From the NCBI RefSeq assembly GCF_026571515.1, contig NW_026854712.1:1-64000 (forward strand): a DNA stretch of 64,000 bases. Direction: 5' to 3'. How positions within the stretch are numbered: the first letter of the stretch is position 1; each line of letters begins with the position of its first letter. The stretch comes from Ruditapes philippinarum. Its lineage: Eukaryota. This document shows positions 27,701 through 40,500 of this stretch, one piece after another. The notes below the pieces were generated by a model. That model ran no database searches, was not told the DNA's origin, and worked only from the letters and a program-made list of their open reading frames with translations. A program made the translations under genes and the position numbers.

Positions 27701-28817
27701 ATGAACGAGGTCAGAACAACCATTAATTTAAGGATATCTTTTGTGTGTGCAACATTTGTTCTGCCATGGACACAATCGAGCTCTGGTGCGGATGTAACAT
27801 ACATTAAAAACGAACCAGAAGACTACCATTACAATAACAATTTGGCATCGCACAGGACAGTGAGACAAGAGCCAAATCGTAGTTAAACAATCATCATTTA
27901 CATACATTACATTTGAATATCAAGTAGAGTTTTAATATTTAGAAAGAAGCAAATGTTGCACACAGATACATTCTGTTACTTTATAGCAAAATAGTTTGCT
28001 GTAACAATTATATTTGCTTTTCTATCATTGTATATTTAAAGATATTATTTGCTATACAAATATCATTCATGTTTTTATTTTCAGATACAGATGTAGGTTT
28101 AATTGTAGGATCAATAGTTTCTGCTACCCTGCTTATTGTTACCATAGTGATAATTCTTGTTCTAGGCAAGCGGTAAGGTCATTCTCCTAAGAATGTTAGT
28201 TTTTACATGCATTATTTTTCTGTCTCTTCAACATTAAGGGGCTCGGGTCACATAATTTTCCATATATTCGTGTGTGTGCGTGCCTCTGTGTTTCTGTTTG
28301 AAGAAGTGTACTTCATGTCCGGCTCATAACCTCTGCATGCTTTATGGGATTAAAAAATCAATACAAATGACCACCATCAGTATACAATATTCAGCGTGCA
28401 AAACCCTGATCTAATGTCAAGACAACTTAAGAGGATTAAATTTGGTGAATTTGTTATTATATCGAATAGTACAGTTGAAGGTCTTTTTAGATCTGTAATG
28501 TCTGCATGTCAAATGATTCATGAAATGTTGTAAGCGTATACATTTTTTATAGGAGGATACTCTTAGTTCAATGCTGCAAGACAAAAGACCAGACACTGAG
28601 TTTTACCAACCATCAGGGTGCTAATGAGCATGTTGTAACAGGAAGAAGGAATTCAAACGAGCTCGCTTTGCCCGGCCAAATTAGTGGTTCCTCATACCAA
28701 AATGTTGAAGTACCATCTAGGGAGATCACTGATCCGCATACATATTGTGCACTTGAACATATCGGACGGAGAACAAATAATATGGAAAGTGAATACAGTC
28801 AACTGTCGTTATCTTGA
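18731..28817 (+). CDS. Gene B: multi-exon type I membrane receptor (signal peptide, CTLD-like/WSC ectodomain, TM, ITIM-bearing tail), ~445 aa
   Basis: Exons: 18731-18788 (MSGVKQLILLLLFRICVST), 20490-20666 (TWEKAKDNCMLATP..RWLGYY..FEYFG), 20972-21093 (GC..NNSPGNCFSVC..FVGL), 21451-21589 (CYC..SCNESC..ACGG..SLY, completing an 8-Cys WSC pattern), 24111-24233 (NCVRL..WDQC..NKC), 24968-25156 (PWYWANNLCF..SWTG), 25698-25871 (EYGYL..KSLC), 28085-28172 (TM: VGLIVGSIVSATLLIVTIVIILVLGKR), 28553-28817 (tail to TGA). All GT-AG and in frame; the exon 2 acceptor is ambiguous. Confidence 0.85.
21943..22141. repeat. Small inverted-repeat element (MITE-like)
   Basis: tgtccagctttatttgtc .. gacaaataaagctggaca. 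Confidence 0.65.
22227..23664. mobile_element. Non-autonomous DNA transposon (MITE/foldback) with ~450 bp TIRs and 6-bp TSD AGTTAT, in gene B intron 4
   Basis: caagggggagaatcacgccattcgttacccaagc.. is inverted at ..gcttgggtaacgaatggcgtgattctcccacgtg; agttat flanks both ends (22221-22226, 23665-23670). Confidence 0.9.
26156..27127 (+). mobile_element. Mariner-derived non-autonomous element with TA TSD, in gene B intron 7
   Basis: TA|cgagggttgtccaaa..tttggacaaccctcg|TA. Inverted arms ~200-250 bp. Internal relic of the transposase N-terminal HTH (EKTPTDTYKE..FEWHK..EGREEVDDDNRSG, ~26560-26745). Confidence 0.9.
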
Positions 28818-31102
28818 TTTTGCATGGATTGTCAAAAAGAAGTCATGGTACCAATGTGGTGAAACGAAGTTTTTTAAATCTTTTTGAGGATCTTTTTGAA
28901 ATCTGGGAAAATTCTTTCTGTCAGAAACTCATGCATGTATATTATGTTTTCTCTTCTGTTGGTCCAAATTGGCCTGATTGGTTCAAGATCACTATGATTT
29001 CTATTATAATGATTTATGATTTCTTGTTAATTTTTGTCTAAAGTTACAGACTTTAAATAAATGCTTTAGTCCATCGTCAATGACCTTCATCTACAAGTTT
29101 TTATTTTTATGAAAGTTACTGTAATTATTTGTGTATCTGAATACATTGTATTTCATTATAAGCTTATACCAAGGTTCGTTTTCTTTTATTTTTGTTTTAT
29201 TTCAGTTAAAATTAAATTCGTCGGCTAGATTAAGTTGTATATTAATATATTTAAATAACATGTATATTTCTCAGCCGGAGACTGTCCAATTTCAACTTGA
29301 CTAACAGTTAAATACACTGTGATGAACTGAATAAATGCAGGATATTAATTGGTCATTTCAAGGCCCCCACGAGAGCCAATTGACGTCCAAGACGCATTTT
29401 ACTATAACCCTTGTTCGTTCATTTCAGATATAGTCCATATATTACGCGGTCGAAAACCAATCTCAAATGAAAAATCTCTAAAATATTTAAATGAACTATA
29501 ATGCAATTCAAGTAATAAGTTAGTTATACAATTTTTCCTCCAAAAATAAATTCGCTCGGCAAAAGTTCAGAAGTCCTTGTGAAAGTGGCTGCGCTCTTCA
29601 AAATAAAATTTAGAGGTTTTTTCCGTATGATTTTATTCAACACAAAAATAACATGACTGTGTACCGTCTTTAAGAAAATTCTTGTTGATTTAATTTCTAT
29701 TAGATTGATGCTTAAATCAGTGTCATATATAACATTATCAATTCAAGATATGGTAACAATACCAACTTTGTCATGCAGTGAAAATAACTTTGATTTACAC
29801 CTAGTTATTTTTCTTATGTGATCATTATTGTGTTTATCATTGCTCATCATGCTTAAATATCTATTGTCGTAATTTAATTCATTTTACGCTAAACCAAGTG
29901 ATTACAAATCTAGAATAACTGTTTATGATATATAACCTTTTTCCATTTTCTTTTTGTACTCGCTCACACACATGTTCGAAATCTTTGTAAATTGAACTCA
30001 TGAAGTGCGACCTAATGCAAAAATCGATAGTTATACGTTTGGTCCTAAGTCATAACTCACATGTAAAACTCATTTTTCATTTAAAACAAAACTTTATTCT
30101 ATATAATTTTTTTATTTATGCAAAAATTTAAACAAATTACATAAAGATAAAGTTTGCGGATTGAGAAGAATCTTAAAAAGCGTTGAAAATAATTTTTTAT
30201 TATTAAATTAGGTAAGTTTAAACGATACTACAAGCAAATGGTGGACGACCGACTGACGAAATGACGGTTATACACATTAAATCAATCAAAATGCTTTACT
30301 TTGAATAAATTTTATATTTAATGAAATTTAATATGTATTATTGCTTTGTAGCGATATCCCTTACCTGAACATGTTGGTAAGTTTGTTCAAATACATATAT
30401 TTGTTAATGAAAGTGTGAATGATGAATGATTTTGTTACAGCTAAAATCATGCTGAACGACATCTGTGTTTAATGTTTCCCTCTTGCTTGAATTGTATTAA
30501 AACACACTTTATTACACACAAGATGATTATCACACTAAAGCAAATCTTGAAAATATGTATATTGAAAGATACAAATGTAAGGAATATGTTTCTTCTATAA
30601 TTTAATTGGTTTTGAGTCACACCGACACATGTGCAGTCAAAGTCGAGCTTTTCTAGTGGAGGGGGATATTGATCAGATACCTCTACATGCAGTTTTTAAA
30701 GAAGGAGCTGACAACGAAGTAAATCCAATGTTTTCTATCAGCAAGCTGAGTAGTATTTGTGCACGAAAAAATCCACAATTCCATTCAGGATTCAAACTCA
30801 CAGCAAAAGAGAGCCAGTTGTTCGAAGTAAGCAATGTTCACCTCAGTTATTGAGGCCCAAAAGGATACTATCGAATAATATTCATAAATTCGTTTTTGTT
30901 GGAGAAACACCTTATATACAATCAATCAAAAAGTTGTCTGCATATATTCTTATGGATGTAATATTTACAAAACAGATATCAATAAAGTTTAACATCTCTT
31001 GTCTCTTGGCATTACTGTACTTGTACATTTCATGTTTACAAATATAGTAATGATCTTTTTACAAAACAGAAAGTCATAAATGATAAATTAAATAGAGGAT
31101 AT

Positions 31103-31255
31103 TTGTTTGTTTGTTTGTGTGTAAGATGAAATTTTATTTCTTCGAGTGAGCTTTAAAAACAGTATTCTCACGAGTGGCATAGCCACAGTTGAGAATATTG
31201 CTTTTAAAGTGCACCAGATGAAATAAAATTACATCTTACATAACAAACAAATAAA
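31103..31255. repeat. Palindromic head of a non-autonomous element (body probably extends to ~32230)
   Basis: tttgtttg..gtaagatgaaattttatttc..tattctca|cgagtggcatagccac|..tgagaata..gaaataaaattacatcttac..caaacaaa; the block is absent from the paralogous segment at ~2420. Confidence 0.7.
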
Positions 31256-32529
31256 TTTTCTTTTTATTCTATGCTTAAAAAGTTTAAACGCAATTTTCTT
31301 GATATTAACTTTAATATTGAAATCTGTTTGCCCCACTGGTAGCCTCTATAGTCGAATTTTTCATAAATTACAAGAAGTCTTAGGGTGAAAAATAAGTTTG
31401 ACAATCAACGTTAAATGGCGATGGTATTATTCATTTCATTCAATTAACATGAATGATCGCTTGTTTAAATAATAAAAAACAAACAATTCAAGCAGAAGAA
31501 AAATCAAACCATCCATCCATATTTCTGTTTCTTATGGCGAATAAGACCTGGCTCTGTGAAATGTAAGCTGCCGCCAAAGGAAAACAAATGTGTTTGATTC
31601 AGAAGGATCTAGCATTTGGATTTGTAAGTCATACATATTTTAAGAAGAAAGAAAACTTATTTTAGTATTGTTACAGACAATAAATAAGTGTTGACAGATG
31701 TGTAAACATTCAAAAAGCCGCTAGGAAATTGGAATTTTTGAAAGGCTGGCTTACGAACGCTGGGTTGTTTACTTATTCTTCGGGCTGATATCTGTCATTG
31801 CTTTTCGAGTTTTTATGCAGTTATTGCTCGTTTGATACTTAAATATGCCAAATGTCACCGAGAGCAGTTTTGCATGTAAAAGGAATTGTATTTTTTAGAC
31901 TATGAAAATGAAACAAAAATTTAGAGACGATATTTGGTGATTCGTAATTTGAATGAATTTGAAAAGTTTGCTACTTTTTATTACTTTTGAAATTTCACTT
32001 ATTTATCAATGTCAGCTTTGCTTTTCTCTAAACAGCCTTGACAATGACAGAATTGTCAACAATAATAAAATTGAGGTACCATTTGAGAAATTTTAAAATG
32101 TAGTCTCATCATTGAAAAGTGTGAAATAATATTTTGATAATTTTCACTGTAGAATTATCAAATATAATTTTCACGGATAAATCAGTAATCCACTGAAGAG
32201 CAAAAAATAAAAGTATTTATTTTCAAGCATATAGAAAATTACACATAATGACACTAATAATTTTCTTAATTTTAGTAGTTAGGTACTGCTTGTCTTGATG
32301 GACAGATAGTAAAAATATCATATTAATATTTTCAAACGAATTAATCAATGTTCAAAATCGTTTCAATAAGAAATAAATCCATTGAAGTCATTTACTTTCC
32401 ATGAACAGTTTTACATATTTTGTGAAGGAATTTTATTGTTTACCTGAACTTGAAATAGGTAATAAGTTAAGTTGATAATCAGTTATGCGCATAGTTTTAT
32501 GGCTTTCAAAACAATGCGGTTTTTTTTTC

Positions 32530-33136
32530 TCAATAGGTCCCGTTCAAATAATTGTATGTGTCATCTTCATCATGCAGATTCTATTTGAAATCCCTTCTAA
32601 CATCATCATAATTGTTTTCTTCCCTGTCAGGAATACCATAAACATTGTCTGTTTTGTTATTTTTCAAGATGTGTTTGCTTATGTGATTATATGTATCTTC
32701 TCCAGTTTCGGTTAATTTTTCAGAGAGTTCTTTATCACATTCAGTATTCTGTAGTGCTTTCAGTTTTGTAGCAGCATTCTCGGTGGTGTCATAAACGTTA
32801 TTAAATTTGGTACCAAACTTTTAATGTTAATGTACAATATTATAAACGTCGCTTATATCTGTTTCATCTTTCCTGGAATTTGAAATATCACCATCGATAT
32901 GAGATTCCCTGGAGCCAGGTTCAAGAATGAAATAATTATATGCATAATTACTACTGTCTACGTCAAGATCTTGATAAAGGGTTACATTATTGTTTTCTTT
33001 AAAATAGCTTATTTGTTCATTTTCAGCTCCTAGAGATTGATTATACAGATTGTTTTCAGCTTTATTCTTAACGGAAGTTTCTTTAAATGAATCATTCCGA
33101 GAAGAACTTTTGAAACACGTGTTTGGAATTTTGCTT
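32530..33136 (-). pseudogene. Orphan pseudo-exon: duplicate of gene A terminal (cytoplasmic tail) exon
   Basis: Colinear with 2613-3210 and keeps the acceptor and terminal NGTY*. It has in-frame stops (TAA twice near 32821-32830, TAG near 32581). No matching upstream exons found before gene C. Confidence 0.85.
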
Positions 33137-33978
33137 CTAAAAAGAAAATCAAAACAACATTTATGTACTTTTCAACCGAAAAAAACTATGTTGATTCTTA
33201 TTAACAAACAAGCAATCTTTACTAAGCGTCACGTCCATAAAACTAAATTATAATACAAAAGCAGTAGCCCCTACATGTATATTGGCATTGGTTTTCTCTC
33301 TTAATTCAAAAGGTACAACATGTAACAATATTTCAATTATAATGTTAAATAAGATCTTTTTAAATACGAGTACATATATAAAACATGTTTTCTGTTAAAG
33401 ATAGTGGTAAACGATGTAATATTTGAACTTTTATTGCAAAGAACATGACATACATTACAAATATTGAAATTTGCTTAAGAGAGTAATAATTCTAAAGTGA
33501 GATTATTGTGCCTATACATTTAAAATAAGATCGAATTAATATATATAGATATAACTCTAAATTATTATACCTCACGTAAACTTAAATATTAAATAACCTA
33601 ATGTGACGTCACAGTGTTATTTCGATCCTGTAATTGAATATTACCAAGTCAATATTTTTGTGCAATATCTCCCCGGGTTCTCTCTCCCTGTCTGCTCTGA
33701 TCTATGTGCCTGTTGAAAGTCTTCATTTGATAAACAATTTTAGCTAGTCATGAGTACATTTTGTATGATAAATATCACTGATGAATAGCTCTCGGAGTAA
33801 AATAGCAAAGCGGTGAAAAGAATTACATTAAAATGCTGAAAAGAATAACACATGTCTCTCAGAATATAACTGCATATAAGCAACCCTTGATTTATATATC
33901 GGTTATCTTGTCGCTAATATGCACTTCTACCCTGAGTGACAAGTGTTATCTATAATATCTCCTTCCGCATTTCCCGCG

Positions 33979-34910
33979 TACGAGGTTGGGTCAATAATTA
34001 TGTAATGCAACATGAAGTGTATATTTCCTTTTAATTTAACTCGTGAGTCTTGTGTTTTTGTAAACTATGCTACAGCTCTAGGCATCTGCTGGCAAATGGT
34101 ATCAAAATGTTTGTAGTCGAACTGTTAGGAAATTTATTCACATTTAAAATACCTTTCTTGAGTACCCCGATATAAAAATGACTGGTGAATGATCCGTTAA
34201 AAGTGCTGGAATGCAGGTATAGGTTTTTATAACATAAAAGCTTAAGCAAAACTAGGAAATCTGCTATGTGTTTCGAGGTGGATGCATATATCATATATTC
34301 AAAAATAGAATTAAGATAGCCCATATCGAAAGAATTTCTACAAAAATACGATTCTGAAACTGAAAGTTGAAAGTTGGTAATAACTGCTGGATGGATACTC
34401 GATTTGCTAACATCTGACCGGAAGAAGGAGAGAGTTAAATATACCAGAAAACTGATTGCTTAAAATGTTTCCTAAATGTGAAAATGGTGGGGTTTCTAAT
34501 ATTATGACGTGTGATTAAAGTTAGTTCACTATTTCACGCAGGTTCGCAAGACAATAAGGTTTGGCCCGATCTTTCCTTGCAAGGCGATTGGCAAATGGTA
34601 AGAAAGTTCGGTGCGTTAAATTTCGCTATATCCGTGAATCTGTTGTCAAATCTGTCATTTCCAAATATTATAGATATGTCATGTTTAGAAAAATGAAAAA
34701 ACAATTCAATAAAATTCGTCTTTCGACTGGTATGAAAGGCCTGGAATTTTGCATGACAACGCACACATAGAAGCTACTGTTATTATTTCTTTTTAAAGAA
34801 AAGAATTTTTGTCATAGGTATAATTCTGCAAGAGAGATTTTAACAACTATAAAACCTTACACGAAATCCTATTAAAGATTTCTTTAATGTGTATTTATAT
34901 CGGGTTATCT
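33979..34910 (+). mobile_element. Decayed mariner element
   Basis: tacgagg terminus; LLTSDRKKERV, IMTCD (VTGDE-like) and LHDNA relics; homologous to 59299-60400 and 5570-6075. Confidence 0.75.
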
Positions 34911-35730
34911 GAAAATTATTCAACAAAATATCGGCTAAACAAATAATTGTTAAATTATTCCATTTGAATGGAAAAAAGGTTTATTTATAATATCAAAAAT
35001 GGAATGGGTGAAAAGGGGGAGTTTGGGTATGTGGGATTTATTAAAATCCATTATGATATAATGAAGAATATTATCATATTAAAAGAGTATTTACTGTGAC
35101 GAGTTTAAAGCCATTTTTTTTAAAATTTCAATCTTACATGTATATACATGGGAATTTTATCCAATGTTTTGTCACTTTGAACTGATGTATTTTTGCATTT
35201 CATTATTATCAACAATGTCGCTTATAGGAAGTAAAACACGTTTTAAAAAAAAACGATTGATTGAAATTGATATTAAGTTTATTTTCATTTAATTCTAAAA
35301 TACGAACCCCTTTTTTATTTCGTTCCTTGTTTTTCACTTCCTAACTGGTAGTGCACTGTGTGACTGAAGCCTAGGGGAGTGGCCCTGAAATGTGACAGAG
35401 GCAATGCGGAAGGTAACTAGGGTGCATAAGCCCCCATTTCGAGATGACCTGAACGGCAGCAACACTATGCTGGCACAAACAGGCCCTCTTTATTAGCTTT
35501 ATTATTGTCACTGGTTACTGTGCATTTAGGTGCTCACTGACCGCTGTACACTAACGTATTTTCGGCTCAAGATTCATTTCATGGAATTATACATTGAAAA
35601 TTGCGTGGAGGTAAATTATCACAATTTTGTGATTTAAAACAATCATAAAATTTAAGAGTTTGACTGGCAACATTGACGGGGTACTCTTCAACGAAAGCTG
35701 CTTTTTGTGCCTTATCAGGCGAGTAGACCC

Positions 35731-36236
35731 TGTTGGCTACACGCATAAACTTCATATTAAGTGTCACTAGTTTTTTTTAAAGAGATCATATTTATGAAAC
35801 GCAGGATTACTTCCTCATGTAAAAACGCCTTAACAGTGTTTAAACTTTTTATGACGTAATAAAGAAATATTTCATGCTTAATAAATTCAATATTGATATC
35901 AATTGAATAGTTTGGTAAGAGCTGTCAACATTACACCGGTACAGAATGCACGCCCTGAGATCTATGTAAAAGATGAAAGCTGCTTTTGGGCCTTAACAGG
36001 CGGATGGACCCTTATTAAGCATATTGTTGGCTACACACATACTCTTCATAGAAGACTAGTTTTTTTTTAGAGAGATCATATTTACGAATCGCAGATTTAC
36101 TTCCTCATGCGAAAACGTCTTAAGAGTGTATAAACCTTTTATGGCGTAATAAAGAAATATTTCATGCTTGATAAATTCAATATTGATATTAAATAAATCA
36201 GTCAATATAATAATTTAGTAAGAGCTGTCAACATTA
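35731..36236 (+). repeat. Local tandem duplication, ~295 bp period
   Basis: tgttggctacac..agagatcatattt..ttacttcctcatg..gtaagagctgtcaacatta at 35731-35933 and 36025-36236. Confidence 0.85.
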
Positions 36237-37558
36237 TAAATGATACATGTACTTGTACGATATTTCATGAGAGAAATCTTTATATCAATTCGAGTAGCAC
36301 AGAGGTTTGTTTTAATTCACCGAATACAATCTTAATTAAAATAACGGTTATTCAAGTACATGCATATGAAACAAATGTATTATGGGCCAACTCATTGAAA
36401 TGCTGGGATGTGGAATCGGGGATATGGGGACAATTATAGTAGACAATAATATAAAATAATTATCATTTATCATTATTTTGTACAAATTATTCTCTATGAC
36501 GAGTTTCATGAAAAAAGAAAATACATTAAAATTTCAATATTTCAAGTTTTATAAGACGGTATCTATTTGGGGATTTTATTATATCTATTGTCACTCTAAC
36601 TCATATATTTTGTTTACATTACATCATAAAATATATTTATTGGGTGAGATTGTGGTGATCAAGCTTAAAGTTTATTTGAACCGATCTTGATAAAATGTGC
36701 TTCCTGAAAGTTACCAGTACATGGTAAAAGTTATAAGAAACATTTTCAAACTGAAACTCAGATCTCAGGTATCTTGTTGGCCAGACAATGATACCTAATG
36801 CACACCAATGAAAATCCTTAGATTTGAGACCTCAAAAATAATTTACATCTTTTATAACATCATTGTACACATAATTATCATAGTTTCGATATGTACTATG
36901 AAAGAGTGTACTGACCCCTCTCTTCAATAAAAGCGGTTTACACCAAGGAAACGTCTGCTTTTCAAAGTAGAATTTCAATGAAAAGAAGAAAAAACATATT
37001 ACTTTTAAATAGAGAAATGTCTTAAGAAAGCCTTAAGTTTAAAATACGTATCTTTAACAGTATAAGAAAATAGAAATATGAACAATATTAATTCCTTTTT
37101 ACAAACCACTACGAACTATGTTATTTTTAACAGGGATATATGATATATATACGTAAATTCTCCGTACGATACAGATTCATGTCTGTTTGTAGTTTTTTTT
37201 AAAAATTCAAGGTCAATGCTTAGATGTAGTCGTAATGTATGCATTTAATGCATATTTATAACTATGCATATTATGCAGAATCATACAAATGCAGAATTTG
37301 CGCATATGCTCTTTATTTGCAACGGCATAAAATCAAAGTAAAGAACATTAATCAATTTAGCTTGACTGAAATATTTTGTTATCGTAAAGGTACAGATAAA
37401 GCAGTCGCGGTATTTATTTCGACTGTTTTTTAACTATTCACTTCCTTGTATCAGCGTATCATTACCTGTTTTGAAATCATTTTTATGTAATCATTTAAAA
37501 GAGGAAGAACGCAGTCAGAGTATGGTTGTGTAAATATTTTAATTAGTTAAGTTTTAAA

Positions 37559-40500
37559 ATGTCGCGGACATTAGGAGTGTGTTGGATTTTTCTTTGTATT
37601 ACGGCTGCTGCTAATGGTAATATAACAACTTATCTATATATGCAAAACCTATTGACAGTTTAATTTACAACTTAAATACTATACTAGTATTACCTAGCAG
37701 AAACCTGATATTTTTATGATAAAGAAAGTCAGACAACCATGTAAAGTGTACATAAGGGTAAGGTTTTGAAACAATTTGTTCTAATTTACAATATTAAACT
37801 TCACGGTGACACAGTTATTTCGAAAACCGCACGTAACTAAACTCTAGTGCAGAAAATAGATTGAACGATAGAAAGAAAATAGAAACCGTCGGAAGGCGGA
37901 AAGCAAACTAAATCCTGTCCAACTCGTATATATAAACGTGAAGAAACAACAATGTACTTCAAATTGTATAACTATGAAGAACCTTTTGGATGAAATGTTT
38001 TTCAGTAATGCATTGATTAATCACCAAGCATCATCGATTCGGACATTAATCCAATATTGAATATATTTGAAAAATACGCTTGAAATTCTGTCACAAAAAT
38101 ATGCTGATTTAAATTATTCAAAAATATTAAATATTCATAGACAAAGTGCATGTATGTGTTATCTTATAATACTGCACGTTTGTAAAGTCGCTTTTATATT
38201 ATTAGTTATAAAGATTGTTGACAGGTTATATGGCCATATGTAAATGGCTATTTGTAAATATAACCCGAGCCGATAGTAGATAGCCTAGCGGCTTGGGTTA
38301 TATTTACAAACAATCGTTTATATAGGCCATATTATCTGTCAAAAATAGTTATAACTAATAATACACACGGCTGCTGTCGATTTATAAAGAAATCTAGCTT
38401 TATTCCTATAAAAATGATGCTTTCTCTATTATTAATTCGTTATAATTATTTCTGACAGTTAAATGGTCGTATAGAAATAGTTGTTTGCATATATATACAA
38501 CATTTTTTATCTAATCATTTAAAAGAGGAAGAACGCAGGAATTTATATTTATATATATATAAACACGAAGCGATAGTGCGCAGTGTTTTGTTATCATTTA
38601 AGCTGAGTAACACCGCAAAACGTCCGTACCGCAAAACGTACGCGTGTGGACGTTTTGCGGCGCATATCGTACACATTTGGACGTTTTGCGGTGCATATCG
38701 TACTTGGTACGTTTTGCGGCGAGAGTGTGTCTTTGCGTCGCATATCGTCCTTATTTTCTGTATTAAAATATATTCATTATAAACGTTACTTTTATATTAT
38801 TTCGGGTAAAGATATGATGAAATAAACATTAAAGTGCAATATTTTTGTGATCCTATATAATTCTGACCTTTTTTTATTTAAAAAAAAGAAATATGCTTAA
38901 GCCGAGGATGTTTTTCGAATATATTTTTTATGGAATCAAGCAGCAGCAGCAGAGATATAAAAACGATGATATTGAAATAAATGTTATCTTATAGACAGAA
39001 AAGGACGGCTTTACGGACGGACGGACGAACCGGGGATTGGACTGAGTGAATGACAAAAATATTAAAATTAAGCTTTGCTGTTGACAATAGCTTTTCATAT
39101 AATTGCATCAAGAAGTGAGGAATGATATTTTGTGTTCTTGTTGACTATGGAGGTTTGGTTCTACCGTTCATTTTTACGGGGGTTGGATGGGGGCTTTTGA
39201 CAGCGTAGTCATATTTGAGCGAGAGAGCTATATTGTCATGGAGATGGGGCCTTTAAGTCGCCTAGTTATAATTAAGCAAAAGAGCTTTTGTCGCGTGGGG
39301 TGGGGTGGGGTGCTTTTAGCAGCCTAGTCATATTTGAGAAAGAGAGGAAGAGCTTTTGTCGAGGGAGGAAGATTTAAGCCGCATGGTCATATCTAAGTGA
39401 TAGAGCTATTGATGTGATGGAGGGAGGGGGCTTTAGCCGCCTAGTCATATTTGAGCAAGAGTGCATTTATCGTTTTGTTTGAATGACATAATGTAATTTT
39501 ATAATTGAACAATGTAATTTTATAATTGAACAAAGCAAAAAGGTCATGGTGGCCTTATATCGCCCACCTACCTATAAAGGCTACACATGACAAGGGTAGA
39601 TAGCATTGAATATTACAAATAAAAAGCAAGTACATTTCATGTACTTGGTCAGAATCTGGGTAACTGATATCAGTACTCAATTCGGTAGCACATAATTAGA
39701 CCATCCCATGTCTAATTTCAATGTCGTGATCTTTATTTTTTAAAATAATGAGCTTTTTGTTTTCATTCTGACGCTTCGAATTTTGTGAAGTTAGCAGCCA
39801 AGCAGCCTTGCAGCCTAAAGAAAACTAAGAATAGTACAAACCTGCTTACTTGACAAATTCCGAAGCGTCAGAATGAAAATAAAGCTCATTGTTTAAGAAA
39901 ATAAAGATCACGATATTGAAATAAGATATTGAATGGTCTAAGTATGTGCTACCGATTCATGTCCAATGGCTTTCATGTTTGTACTATCCATAGTTTTCTT
40001 TAGGCTGCTAGGATGCAATGCTGCTGGGCTGCTAACTTCACAAATTTTGAAGCGTCAGCATGAAAAAAAAATCAGTATTTTAAAAAATAATTATCTCGAT
40101 ATTGAAATAAGACATGCAATGTTGAATGGTCTAAGTATGTGCTACCGATTCATGTCCAACGGCTTTCATGTTTGTACTATCCTTAGATTTCTTAAGGCTG
40201 CTAGGCTGCTGGGCTGCTAGGCTGCTAACTTCACAAATTCCGAAGCGTCAGAATGCATGAAAAAAAAGATGTTAAGATAAAAAAACAAGAATAAAGATCA
40301 ACAAGGCAAAAGCAATTAAAGTTCAACATCTTTAAAAATGAAGATCACGATATTGAAAAAAGGCGGGGAATGATCAAAGGAAGTGCTACTGATGTATTTC
40401 CGACCATTTTCTTTGTTTGTACTATTCTTAGTTTTCTTTAGGCTGCTAGGCTACCAACTCCAGGCTGCTAGACTGCAAGGCTGCCAAATTCAGGCTGCTA

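Noticed and set aside
27592-27886. Overlapping ORFs in gene B intron 7, possible THAP-like relic (CVHGRTN)
   Set aside because: Too short and degenerate to support; not needed for the B model.
38610-38725. Short accgcaaaacgt / acgttttgcgg repeats as CRISPR-like array or operator set
   Set aside because: Eukaryotic context, no unique spacers; resembles the subterminal repeats of a non-autonomous element.
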